Of a stretch of DNA of 64,000 nt, positions 9,463 to 18,931 are shown piece after piece. The translations under genes and the position numbers were made by a program. Under the pieces are notes generated by a model. It was not told where the DNA came from and did not search any database. It saw only the letters and a program-made list of their open reading frames with translations. Source of the DNA: an uncultured Lishizhenia sp. Its GTDB lineage: Bacteria; Bacteroidota; Bacteroidia; Flavobacteriales_D; Crocinitomicaceae. The stretch spans positions 5,605-69,604 of the forward strand of contig CAZPWB010000003.1 in the NCBI GenBank assembly GCA_964590425.1. Reading direction: 5' to 3'. How positions within the stretch are numbered: the stretch's first letter is position 1; each line of letters opens with the position of its first letter.

Positions 9463-10695
9463 ATGCGCAAACAATTTATTAAGAATATCAAAGGCTTGGT
9501 CCAGGTTGGTGAAAATCTTCCAAGCGTTATCAGAGGGCAGCAAATGCAGCAGCTCCCGATTCTCGAAGATGCCTACCTTGCCCTCGAAGACAACACGGTT
9601 GTAGACTACGGCCTGATGTCCGATTGGCCAGGAATAACTGACTGGAGAGATGTAGAAGTAATCGATGCAACTAACTGTTATGTCTTGCCTGCTTTTATTG
9701 ACTCACATACACATTCGGTTTTTGCCGCAAGCCGTGAAGAAGAATTCGTGGACCGTATTCAAGGACTCAGCTACGAAGAAATTGCGGCAAAAGGAGGCGG
9801 CATTCTGAACTCTGCACGCAAACTTAATGACATGTCTGAAGCCGAGCTTTTCAATGCTGCTAAAAAACGCATAGAAAAGATGCTTGCCGCCGGAACTGGT
9901 GCACTTGAAATCAAGTCTGGTTATGGACTAAGTCTAGAAGGTGAGTTAAAAATGCTGCGTGTCGTTGCCCAACTTAAAGCTCATTTTCCAATTGCAATCA
10001 AGGCCACTTTTTTGGGTGCACATGCAATACCGCAAGCCTTTAAAGAAAACCGCAATGGCTACATTGACTTGCTCATCAATGAGCTCTTACCTCAAATAGC
10101 TAAAGAAAATCTTGCCGAATACATCGACGTATTTTGCGAGCGCAATTATTTCACCCGTGAAGAAATGACCCAAATTCTTGAAGCGGGTGCCAAATACGGC
10201 CTCAAGCCGAAAGTTCACGTGAATCAGTTTTCAGTAATGGGCGGTGTTGGTGCAGCCGTTGACCAAAATGCGGTTTCTGTTGACCATCTAGAAGAATTAG
10301 ACGATGCCGACCTAGCCGCGCTTTCTAATAGCTCTACTGTTGCAACCCTACTGCCTGGCTGTTCGCATTTTTTATCAATCCCATTTGGAAACGCCAGAAA
10401 GCTCATGGATGCCAATGCCATATTAGCGCTTGCTAGTGATTTTAATCCCGGATCTTCTCCGAGTTATCATTTAATGCATGTCTTGTCTTTGGCGTGCATC
10501 AAAATGAAAATGACACCAGAAGAAGCCATCAATGCACTTACAATTAATGCGGCTGCAGCGCTCGAGCTGAATGAAACGCATGGTCAAATTGCTTTAGGAA
10601 GAAAGAGTCCACTGCTGCTGACCAAAGAAGTGCCTTCCCTTGCCTATTTAGCATATGCCTACACTGAAGATCACATTCAAAGGATTTTGATTTAA
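9463..10695 (+). CDS. hutI: imidazolonepropionase
   Basis: About 410 aa amidohydrolase. FIDSHTHSVF metal site, EIKSGYGL, DFNPGSSP. The track start at 9451 is GTG; the first ATG is 9463. Confidence 0.8.
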   Translation: MRKQFIKNIKGLVQVGENLPSVIRGQQMQQLPILEDAYLALEDNTVVDYGLMSDWPGITDWRDVEVIDATNCYVLPAFIDSHTHSVFAASREEEFVDRIQGLSYEEIAAKGGGILNSARKLNDMSEAELFNAAKKRIEKMLAAGTGALEIKSGYGLSLEGELKMLRVVAQLKAHFPIAIKATFLGAHAIPQAFKENRNGYIDLLINELLPQIAKENLAEYIDVFCERNYFTREEMTQILEAGAKYGLKPKVHVNQFSVMGGVGAAVDQNAVSVDHLEELDDADLAALSNSSTVATLLPGCSHFLSIPFGNARKLMDANAILALASDFNPGSSPSYHLMHVLSLACIKMKMTPEEAINALTINAAAALELNETHGQIALGRKSPLLLTKEVPSLAYLAYAYTEDHIQRILI

Positions 10696-10744
10696 GTTTT
10701 TTTCGCGTCTCAACTTGTGCAAGGAATTGTTTAACTTTGAATCA

Positions 10745-11965
10745 ATGCAGGTAAGAGTTCTCCTCCTTTTCTTAAGTAGCTTCTCCTTTGGCTTTTCCCA
10801 ACTGATTTTGCCCGAGAAAGAATTACTTTGGGAAATCAGCCATCCGAAATCAAAAGTCAAGTCTTACATTTTTGGCACGCTCCATGCCAACGACCGCTCA
10901 CTTTTCGACCTATCGGATAGTGTCTATGTGGCATTTGAACAAGCAAAAGTTCTCGTTCTTGAAACGGATATTTATAGGCTTTTCGAAGAAATGGACACCC
11001 GAAAAAACCTGCCAGAAACCAGATTTGACGACCAAGGAAAGTCCTATACAAGTTCAGTAGAAAGCTCTGAAACCATTTATGGTTCTGAAGATGGAATGCC
11101 CCAATTTCTAGACGCCTATTTTCAAGTCTTAGCGCTTCACGGCAATAAGCAAGTCCTGGCGCTCGAAGCGCTCGAAGATCAATACGCACTCAGCAACGAA
11201 TTCAAATTGAGTGAAAGAAAAATCATTGATAACGGGATCAACACCTTCACGCAAGAAAAACTGAAAGAACTCTACCTGAAAGGTGACATCGAGGCATTGC
11301 AGCGCTTTATGAAATCTAGTTTATCAGTACAAGATCGGCTTTATGACGAAGTGATTGTCAAGCGAAACAAACTCATGCTCGACAAACTTATCGAACTCAT
11401 CAAAGGCAATACTAGCTTTTTTTGTGCCGTTGGTGCCGGTCATTTAGGTGGTGAAGATGGCCTTATTCAAATGCTCAGAGCAAAAGGATATCGGGTGAGA
11501 CCTGTACTTTGGTCTGTAGCTGATCAGGCACCCACTGTCAAACGACAACTCAAAAAACCAACTGAATTTGTATTTACAGATGCAAGTTCTGGCTTAATTG
11601 CCAAATTTCCAGGCAATCCTTATGTCAAAGAACTTGAAGACGGAACTAAACGAATTGTCTACCGCGAGCTCGGGCAAGGAAACACCTTTGAAATTAACTT
11701 ACAAGTCCTCGACCCAAATACCTCACAAGAAGAATTAGCCAGCATTTATATCAACCCTCCTACTGGCTCTAACATCACCAAAAAAATTCTCGACGATGGC
11801 TCTGTCGTTTTTTACGGGCTTTCCGATACGTATCCGGAGGGGCTAAACTATGTTCAGATTCAATTTGGTGCTGCTCACTTTGTTGTCATTAAATGTTATG
11901 GCGGTAATAAATTCATGCACTCTAATCGACCTTTTTCATTTTTTGAAAAAGTGTGGTTTGAATGA
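10745..11965 (+). CDS. TraB/GumN family protein with extra C-terminal domain
   Basis: Signal peptide from ATG 10745. YIFGTLHANDRS and CAVGAGHLGGEDGLIQMLRAKGYRV are typical TraB/GumN motifs. Confidence 0.7.
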   Translation: MQVRVLLLFLSSFSFGFSQLILPEKELLWEISHPKSKVKSYIFGTLHANDRSLFDLSDSVYVAFEQAKVLVLETDIYRLFEEMDTRKNLPETRFDDQGKSYTSSVESSETIYGSEDGMPQFLDAYFQVLALHGNKQVLALEALEDQYALSNEFKLSERKIIDNGINTFTQEKLKELYLKGDIEALQRFMKSSLSVQDRLYDEVIVKRNKLMLDKLIELIKGNTSFFCAVGAGHLGGEDGLIQMLRAKGYRVRPVLWSVADQAPTVKRQLKKPTEFVFTDASSGLIAKFPGNPYVKELEDGTKRIVYRELGQGNTFEINLQVLDPNTSQEELASIYINPPTGSNITKKILDDGSVVFYGLSDTYPEGLNYVQIQFGAAHFVVIKCYGGNKFMHSNRPFSFFEKVWFE

Positions 11966-11974
11966 TCTTTACGC

Positions 11975-14770
11975 ATGAAAGTCCTTGACCAGCTTGCCAT
12001 AGAAATCTTAACGCGACTCGAGAAAAACCGAGACCTCCACGTTATTCTGCCTTCAGAACGCGCCAAGCGTTACTTATTGAATGCCTTGTTCCGACAAAAC
12101 AAAGGCCCCATGCTGGCGCCAAATATCCAAACCATTGATCAATGGGTCACTGAATTAAGCCCAAAAAAAATTGTGCACCCAACACGTGTACTCCTGATGC
12201 TTTTTGAAGTTTATCAAGAAGTAATAGGCGCTGAAGCACAGCCTTTTGAAGAATTCTTGAGTTGGGGAACCATTTTGTTGTCAGATTTCGATGATGTCGA
12301 TCGGTACTTAGTCAATGAGCAGCAGCTTTATAAAAATTTGGCCTCCATCAAAGCACTAGAAAGTTGGCAAATTGACGAAGAAAGTTACTCCGCTTCGCAA
12401 AAGAAATTCATGGCCTTTTGGGAGCATATTTCTGATTTACATGCTGGCCTAGTTAAAAAGTTAGCCGAAAAAAATGGCTTTACTAAAGCTATGGCCTATC
12501 GCTTTTTAGCTGAAAATCTGGCCTTAGTACTTTCAGACCAAACCCACTTTGTTTTTGGAGGGTTTAATGCGCTTAGCGGCGCTGAACAAAGCATTATTCA
12601 GTTTTTATTGAAGCGCAAACAAGCAGACTTCTACATTGATTCGGATGCTTATTATTTTGAAAATGCCCACCACGAAGCAGGCGCTTTCCAAAGAAAAAAC
12701 TTAACGCAGTTCGGTATCAAGGAGGCTCGTTTTCTCCGAAAAGATTTGTCAGCCGCTAACTATCATGTAAAAGTGATTGAGTGCGCTCAGCACATTGGAC
12801 AAGTGAAGGTCTTGGCCACAGAACTCCAAGCCCTTCAAGTAAAAGATTGGGGTGAAGTTTTAGTGTTATTAGCCGATGAATCGTTAGTGCATGCAGCGCT
12901 TCGCCACATTCCGATGAACGTCGGGAAGGCCAATATTACCCTAGGGCTTCCTTTAGAACAAACACCCATCAGAACTTGGGTAGACCTCTGCTTTCAAGTT
13001 CAAGAAAACAAAAACAAATTCAAAACAACTGCGCTCTACTACAAAGATTTTCAGCGCTTTTGTCATCATGCCTTTACCAGTTTGTGTCTGGATCACAAAG
13101 CACTCCAAGCCTTAAGTGCAGCGGAAAAACAAACGGTCAAGTACAATCGTGTTTTTCAGAATATTGGGCAATTAAATTTACAAGGTGCCAGTCAGCAGCT
13201 CATAGAATTGTTAAGCACGCCATGGCAACAAAATTGGCTATTGGCGCTGCAGCAACTCAGACAAATCAATGCCCTATTACTAGAGCTTATTCCGCAAGCC
13301 AATGACTTCGAGCATACTGCAATTTTGACTTTTGAACAGACTTGTCGTCAATTTGAAAACCTGTTGACCGATGGTTACCCTACTATGACGCTAGGCAGCT
13401 TTAAAAAGCTATTCTATCAGCACTGGACACGCGCCAACTTAGCCTATTTGGGTAATCCTACTTCGGGCTTACAAATCACCGGCCTGCTTGAAACGCGCTT
13501 ACTCGACTTCGAGCACGTTTATGTACTCGGTATGAATGAAGGCAAGTTACCACCTACAAACCCTGTCCAAAGTATCATTCCAATGGACCTCAGGTCTGCT
13601 TTTGGTTTGCCAAGTAACCGCGATAAACAAGGTATTTTTGCTCAACATTTTTACCGCTTGTTGCACGAAGCGCGTCAACTGACCTTTACTTACACGAGTG
13701 CAAGTGAAGTGTTGGGAAGCAGTGAAAGAAGTCGTTACCTACTTCAACTCCAAATGGAGTGGTTACAGAACAATCCGAATGTAAAATGGGAAGAGTTCAA
13801 ATACCAAATACCGAACTCAGAACAAAGCAGCGTGGGTGCTGAATTTGTGAAAACTCCGGCAATTATTGAGCGCATTCAGCAATATTTAGCACAATCCGTT
13901 TCGGCATCGGCGCTTAAAAAGTACTTGTCATGCCCACTTGATTTCTATTACCGCTATGTGGTTGAATTTGGCGAAGAAGACGAAGTCGAAGAAGATTTAG
14001 CCCAAAACACGTTTGGCTCACTCATCCATAATTGTTTAGAGGCACTTTATTTGCCTTATGCCCAGCGACATAAAAATGGCGACCCTGTGGTTCCGGCACC
14101 CGGGCCGCTCACTGAAAAAGCGGTAGCCAAAATGTTGACGCAATATCAAGAAGAACTCAGAAAGCAATTCTTAAAGTACTTTGATCAGAATGAACAACTT
14201 TTCAGCAAAGGAAAGAATCGTCTTAGCTTTGAAATGGCGCTTGATCTTACCAAAGAGATTTTGCTCAAAGAGCTAACTTTTGTGAAATCCCTCACGGAGC
14301 CCTTATTTATTGAACAGCTCGAAGGACGTTTTGAACTCGATTTGTCTTTTGACATCCATCAACAAACCGTCCCTATCAAATTTGTGGGTTACATTGACCG
14401 CATTGACCGTATTGGTGAAAAATACCGTGTCATTGACTACAAATCTGGTAAAGCAGCAGCTCAGGATGTCAAATTCACCGAGAAGAACGATGCCCTGACC
14501 AATTTAGCTAAACCAAAACACACCTTGCAATTGAGTTTATATTGCTTATTCTTTCAAGAAAAATTTGGTTTTCTTCCGCAAGAAGCTAGAATTGAGTCCT
14601 TGATCAATCGCGATGAAAATTTTGCGCTCAATATTGAAAAGCAGCAGGGGCTGAGTCGGGTACCGGAATTGATCAATGAAGGGCTCACGGCCTTACTTAC
14701 TGAATTACTCGACCCAACAATCAATTTTGGGCACGATACGGGCTCTAAATATTGCCAGTTTTGTAACTAA
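11975..14770 (+). CDS. PD-(D/E)XK nuclease family protein, AddB-like
   Basis: 931 aa. C-terminal RecB-type nuclease motifs GYIDRID, VIDYKSGK and QLSLY. Cys at LSCPLDFYY plus terminal CQFC. No Walker A seen in the N-terminal 600 aa. Confidence 0.7.
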   Translation: MKVLDQLAIEILTRLEKNRDLHVILPSERAKRYLLNALFRQNKGPMLAPNIQTIDQWVTELSPKKIVHPTRVLLMLFEVYQEVIGAEAQPFEEFLSWGTILLSDFDDVDRYLVNEQQLYKNLASIKALESWQIDEESYSASQKKFMAFWEHISDLHAGLVKKLAEKNGFTKAMAYRFLAENLALVLSDQTHFVFGGFNALSGAEQSIIQFLLKRKQADFYIDSDAYYFENAHHEAGAFQRKNLTQFGIKEARFLRKDLSAANYHVKVIECAQHIGQVKVLATELQALQVKDWGEVLVLLADESLVHAALRHIPMNVGKANITLGLPLEQTPIRTWVDLCFQVQENKNKFKTTALYYKDFQRFCHHAFTSLCLDHKALQALSAAEKQTVKYNRVFQNIGQLNLQGASQQLIELLSTPWQQNWLLALQQLRQINALLLELIPQANDFEHTAILTFEQTCRQFENLLTDGYPTMTLGSFKKLFYQHWTRANLAYLGNPTSGLQITGLLETRLLDFEHVYVLGMNEGKLPPTNPVQSIIPMDLRSAFGLPSNRDKQGIFAQHFYRLLHEARQLTFTYTSASEVLGSSERSRYLLQLQMEWLQNNPNVKWEEFKYQIPNSEQSSVGAEFVKTPAIIERIQQYLAQSVSASALKKYLSCPLDFYYRYVVEFGEEDEVEEDLAQNTFGSLIHNCLEALYLPYAQRHKNGDPVVPAPGPLTEKAVAKMLTQYQEELRKQFLKYFDQNEQLFSKGKNRLSFEMALDLTKEILLKELTFVKSLTEPLFIEQLEGRFELDLSFDIHQQTVPIKFVGYIDRIDRIGEKYRVIDYKSGKAAAQDVKFTEKNDALTNLAKPKHTLQLSLYCLFFQEKFGFLPQEARIESLINRDENFALNIEKQQGLSRVPELINEGLTALLTELLDPTINFGHDTGSKYCQFCN

Positions 14771-14771
14771 C

Positions 14772-14801
14772 AAAAAAAACCTGGAGGTCATCCAGGTTTT
14801 T
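14772..14801. terminator. bidirectional intrinsic terminator between convergent genes
   Basis: aaaaaaaACCTGGA ggtca TCCAGGTtttt: a 7-bp GC-containing stem flanked by an A-run and a T-run. Confidence 0.7.
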
Positions 14802-14870
14802 CTGCAAGAAATTAAAACCATGAACAAAGGCTGTTCTTCGAAAAGACGTATGGCCTCTGTAGTTGGTTGC

Positions 14871-15230
14871 TTAGTACAATTCTAGTTTGAGCGCAGAGCG
14901 GTAATCTTTGATTTCTTCTCGGTTGATTTTGTGCTCGGCATTCTTAAGTAAATTCAATAAATAAAGAAGGTTTTCTTGATCTTCGATTTCAATTGGGTAT
15001 TCGTTACCTTCTTCGTCCTCTTCGTATTGTGCCTCAACATCAAAACACTCGTTTTCAGTGATGAATTCGTAGGTCAAGCGCAGCACCTTAACCACCAATG
15101 GGTCTTGTTCGAGCAAGGCCATTTCGCGCAATTCTTTAAGGTCAGCAACTAAAGATGGAGCTGCAATTCCCTTTTTTTCTACTGTTTCAATAATTTGTTC
15201 TAGTTTCTGATTGGCGCGCAATGTTTTCAT
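14871..15230 (-). CDS. hypothetical acidic protein
   Basis: Track ORF trimmed to ATG 15230 (MKTLRANQKLEQ...). A TAAATTTG box lies 18 nt upstream, and the trimmed ORF avoids overlap with the divergent LysE gene. Confidence 0.5.
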   Translation of the reverse strand: MKTLRANQKLEQIIETVEKKGIAAPSLVADLKELREMALLEQDPLVVKVLRLTYEFITENECFDVEAQYEEDEEGNEYPIEIEDQENLLYLLNLLKNAEHKINREEIKDYRSALKLELY

Positions 15231-15248
15231 TTCGTATAAATTGAGTGA

Positions 15249-15256
15249 CAAATTTA
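15249..15256 (-). promoter_or_regulatory. TAnnTTTG -7 box (TAAATTTG) upstream of the 14871..15230 gene
   Basis: Plus strand caaattta, 18 nt upstream of ATG 15230. Confidence 0.35.
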
Positions 15257-15330
15257 GTGGATTTCCCGAAATAAACATCGCAGTGTCCGTAACATTCAAT
15301 GCTAAAAAACATTTCAGTAGCAGGAAAAGT

Positions 15331-15338
15331 TATTTTTG
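15331..15338 (+). promoter_or_regulatory. TAnnTTTG -7 box (TATTTTTG) 4 nt upstream of the LysE-family ATG
   Basis: Exact consensus match. Same 4-nt spacing as at tatC. Confidence 0.4.
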
Positions 15339-15342
15339 TTCT

Positions 15343-16008
15343 ATGGATTTATTGTTCCGCGCATTTTCTATTGGCCTTATTTTATCGGTAATGCCAGGAC
15401 CTGTTTTTTTTGTCTTGATTGAAAACAGCATTACCAAAGGTATTCGCAGTGCGTTGGCTCTAGACCTCGGCGTGCTCATCAGCGACATCGTTTACATCTT
15501 GCTCGCTGTTTTATTTGTAGAGCAAATCAATTATTTGCTTTCCGGCAATAACAAGCAACTTTTTGATATTATTGGCGGCTCCATTTTTATCATTTATGGC
15601 ATTTTCAATTGGTTCAAAAAAACAAAGATGTCCTCTGGCAATGCCGAACTAGCAGAGGTTACAGAAAAATTTCACCTCGCTGAAGGCAAAGATCCAAAAA
15701 GAAATATAGGCCTCAGTATAGCTAAGGGTTTCTTGCTCAATTTTGCCAATCCACTCGTCATTTTTTATTGGCTGAGTGTAGCTTCGATTGCAAAAAGAGA
15801 AAGCACCGACGATAGCAATAGTATGCTGTTTTTATTTCTAGGCACCATCCTACTTACTTTTTTTAGTTTTGATATTCTCAAAATCTTTACGGCTAAGAAA
15901 ATTAAAAACTTTGTTAACGAACGCATGCTAAACCTCTTGAATAAAGTTATCGGGGTTTCCTTTGTAGCTTTTGGGCTCTTTTTCATGTTCAGGTTCATGT
16001 TTCGCTAA
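15343..16008 (+). CDS. LysE/RhtB family amino-acid exporter
   Basis: MDLLFRAFSIGLILSVMPGPVFFVLIE... is a typical LysE N-terminus. About 6 TM segments. The track ORF was trimmed to the ATG at 15343. Confidence 0.8.
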   Translation: MDLLFRAFSIGLILSVMPGPVFFVLIENSITKGIRSALALDLGVLISDIVYILLAVLFVEQINYLLSGNNKQLFDIIGGSIFIIYGIFNWFKKTKMSSGNAELAEVTEKFHLAEGKDPKRNIGLSIAKGFLLNFANPLVIFYWLSVASIAKRESTDDSNSMLFLFLGTILLTFFSFDILKIFTAKKIKNFVNERMLNLLNKVIGVSFVAFGLFFMFRFMFR

Positions 16009-16019
16009 ATTCAAAACCC

Positions 16020-17726
16020 ATGAGGTATCTTCTTGTCTTTATTGTACTTTGGAGCAGCGCTCAGGCCCAAGATTATAAAATCTTAAAAGAGAATTTATCG
16101 CCAAAAGTCAGACTCTATTGGGATGCACAGAAAAAACATGTTCAGGGGACAGGTTCCTATTACGTTGGCGTAGTAAAACCAACTGTTGATGAAAAGCATG
16201 GTAAGTGGCAGTTTTTTACCTATGACGGCGTGCTAGAAGAGGAAGCCAACTACTACCGCAATAGACTACACGGCAAACGCACTTTTTTTTATCCAAATAA
16301 ACAAATTAAGCAAGAAGCTTATTTCACTTTCAATGTACCCGATTCTACATATAAAGAATATGCTGAGGACGGTAAACTCTTGACTAGAGGTCAATTTGAA
16401 TTGGGAAGCCCAGTTGGTCGCTGGGAATATTTCTACGCCGATGGTAGTCCAAAATCAGTAGAAGTGGTCAGTAATGACACCATCTATCTGATGGAATATT
16501 GGGAGGAACAAATGCCACATAAACAAACCATAAAAAATGGCAATGGCAAAGTTCTGAGTTATTATGTGGATGGCGTAGTTAAGGAATCCTATACTTTTCA
16601 AAACGGATTAAAAACAGGACCATTCGAGGAAAGAACGGCCAATGGCGTGTTGTCTGTCGCGGGCGCTTTTGTCAATGGTAAAAAAGACGGTATTTGGGAG
16701 TTCTACACTTATAACGCCGTACTCGAAAAACGCGTAGGATATGCGCTCGATTCACTAGATGGCGAATACCTTGTAATGCTCTCTGAAAAAGACACCTTGA
16801 CCTTCGGTAACTATAAAAAAGGTCAAAAAACCGGTTCTTGGATTTGGTTTAACGAAAATGCAGTTCTAGATATGACTGGCTATTTTATTGAAGGCAAACA
16901 AGATAGCATTTGGCACTATTATTTTCCGAATGGCCAACTCTCCTATGTAGCTGAATTTGAAAAAGACCTGCGTACCGGAAACTGGACCTATTATTATCCG
17001 AACGGTGCCTTGTATAGAACAGGAAGTTATTTATTAGATCAAAAGCATGGCGAATGGCAAACATGGTATGAAGACTCTACGCTTCTTATGAGTGGCCGTT
17101 ATGAAAATGGTTTGGAGGAAGGCGAATGGAAAAATTACTGGGAAAACGGGCGCATCAAAAACAAGTCTACGTTTCATGCCGGAAAATTAAATGGCTCATG
17201 GGTTTCCTACACACCCGATGGAAACACTAGTTTAAAAGGGAATTACAAGGACGGTCTAAAGTTCGGTGAATGGCTATCGTACTATTCAAATGGCAGACTT
17301 AAGGAAAAGCAACATTATAAAATCATTGCGCAAAAAAATATTTCCGAAGGGCTCAATAGAATGGGTTTCAAAGAAAATGTAAGTGAATTTCATGGCTCAT
17401 TTGAAGCTTATTCGCATATAGATTTTCAACTCAAAGAAATAGGCAAATACAAAAACGGGCAAAAGCATGGTACCTGGACAAACTATTACCCAGGAGGCGT
17501 GGTGCCGACAATAGTTGCTCAGTATCAAAATGGGCAACTAGATGGAATTTTCCGACAATATGACCGCTACGGGCACTTAGTCTATGAAATCAGCTATAAA
17601 AACGGGCTCAAACACGGTGATTTCATTGCGTTTAATGAGAACGGCAAGATCGTGAGTAGGAAACTCTTCAGAAACGGCGAAGAAGTTGGCAGACAAGAAA
17701 AAGACGGCTTTATGCCTGAGCGCTAG
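16020..17726 (+). CDS. secreted MORN-variant / YwqK-family repeat protein
   Basis: 568 aa with a signal peptide. Roughly 20 repeats of the form G.W..YY.NG.L...G.Y..G.K.G.W. Confidence 0.7.
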   Translation: MRYLLVFIVLWSSAQAQDYKILKENLSPKVRLYWDAQKKHVQGTGSYYVGVVKPTVDEKHGKWQFFTYDGVLEEEANYYRNRLHGKRTFFYPNKQIKQEAYFTFNVPDSTYKEYAEDGKLLTRGQFELGSPVGRWEYFYADGSPKSVEVVSNDTIYLMEYWEEQMPHKQTIKNGNGKVLSYYVDGVVKESYTFQNGLKTGPFEERTANGVLSVAGAFVNGKKDGIWEFYTYNAVLEKRVGYALDSLDGEYLVMLSEKDTLTFGNYKKGQKTGSWIWFNENAVLDMTGYFIEGKQDSIWHYYFPNGQLSYVAEFEKDLRTGNWTYYYPNGALYRTGSYLLDQKHGEWQTWYEDSTLLMSGRYENGLEEGEWKNYWENGRIKNKSTFHAGKLNGSWVSYTPDGNTSLKGNYKDGLKFGEWLSYYSNGRLKEKQHYKIIAQKNISEGLNRMGFKENVSEFHGSFEAYSHIDFQLKEIGKYKNGQKHGTWTNYYPGGVVPTIVAQYQNGQLDGIFRQYDRYGHLVYEISYKNGLKHGDFIAFNENGKIVSRKLFRNGEEVGRQEKDGFMPER

Positions 17727-18507
17727 CCTCGGCAGTCCACTGCTCTATTAAACAGGTCAACTCAATAAAATCTTCCACACTTAATTTTTCAGGACGCTGG
17801 CTCTCAAATTTTGCTGGTAAAGGATGGTCCTTAAGAAGTTGCCTTAAAGAATTTCGTAGGGTTTTTCGACGCTGATTGAAAGCCATCTTAACCACATGAA
17901 AATAAAGTTTTTCATCGCAAGGCAGGGCGTCTCTTTCATTGCGTACACAACGAATCACGCCACTTTTTACTTTTGGCGGTGGTATGAAAACATGCTCGTC
18001 AACAGTGAAGCAATAATGGATATCATAAAACGTCTGAAGCAGCACACTGATAATGCCATATTCTTTAGATCCAGGACCTTGCGCTACTCGGACAGCCACC
18101 TCTTTTTGAAACATTCCCATAATTTGCGGAACCTGATTGCGGTACTCGAGACACTTAAACAAGATCTGAGAAGAAATATTATACGGGAAATTGCCAACTA
18201 CAATAAAGGAATCCTCACCAAAAAGTTCTTCGGGGCGCAAACGCAAGAAATCTCCAAACAATATACGCTCAGCGTGCGCGGGGTAATGTGCCCTGAGGTA
18301 GTCGATAGACTCAATATCTACATCAAGTAACCAAAGATCAATTTCCGGAATTTCCCACAGGTACTTACTTAGAGCACCCATACCTGGGCCTATTTCAAGC
18401 ACTTTTCTGGTGTCGTTGGTCCAGATCACTTGCTTCGCAATTTTCTGGCAGGTACCCGCGTCTTTTAAAAAGTGTTGGCCTAATTGTTTTTTTGGTTTAA
18501 CACTCAT
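17710..18507 (-). CDS. rsmA: 16S rRNA (adenine1518/1519-N6)-dimethyltransferase
   Basis: 265 aa. KKQLGQHFL, SAM motif VLEIGPGMGALS, NFPYNISS. Confidence 0.92.
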   Translation of the reverse strand: MSVKPKKQLGQHFLKDAGTCQKIAKQVIWTNDTRKVLEIGPGMGALSKYLWEIPEIDLWLLDVDIESIDYLRAHYPAHAERILFGDFLRLRPEELFGEDSFIVVGNFPYNISSQILFKCLEYRNQVPQIMGMFQKEVAVRVAQGPGSKEYGIISVLLQTFYDIHYCFTVDEHVFIPPPKVKSGVIRCVRNERDALPCDEKLYFHVVKMAFNQRRKTLRNSLRQLLKDHPLPAKFESQRPEKLSVEDFIELTCLIEQWTAEASAQA

Positions 18508-18818
18508 TTCTTAAAAGACTTAACAACAGACAACGTGGTTCTAAATGCTGCAAATTTTCCTGAAAAGCGATCGGTATGATCTTTTTGAAGTGCGGGTGCA
18601 AAGTTCGCCTGATAATGATCCAGCGTTTCCTGATCCGGGGCTAAATATAATACAGCATAAGTTTTACCGCCGTCCTCTTCTCCGTTCACCCTTGACAATT
18701 TACATTCTTCAAAGCAGGCTGTTTGCATGACGGCAGGAATATGCTCTTCTTGCATCCAATTTAGCCATTCTTGTTCAACAGCAGCGTCTATACTTACCGT
18801 AACGTTATATAATACCAT
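18504..18818 (-). CDS. DUF4286-like small protein
   Basis: 104 aa, MVLYNVTVSIDAAVEQEWLNWMQEEHIP pattern. Overlaps the rsmA start by 4 nt. Confidence 0.6.
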   Translation of the reverse strand: MVLYNVTVSIDAAVEQEWLNWMQEEHIPAVMQTACFEECKLSRVNGEEDGGKTYAVLYLAPDQETLDHYQANFAPALQKDHTDRFSGKFAAFRTTLSVVKSFKK

Positions 18819-18931
18819 ACAACAAAGGTACTGAAAGCCTTTGACGAAGAAAAATGGCGAGGTGTACGTAAATTCACCAAATATTCAAGTAAATAAATAG
18901 TACTTTTACTTCAGCATAAAAATCAAAAGCT

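Noticed and set aside
9463-10695. hutI without hutH/hutU/hutG neighbours, as a possible sign of a novel pathway context.
   Set aside because: Dispersed hut genes are common. The protein has normal amidohydrolase motifs, and nothing in the flanks (YraN, TraB/GumN) suggests a functional cluster.
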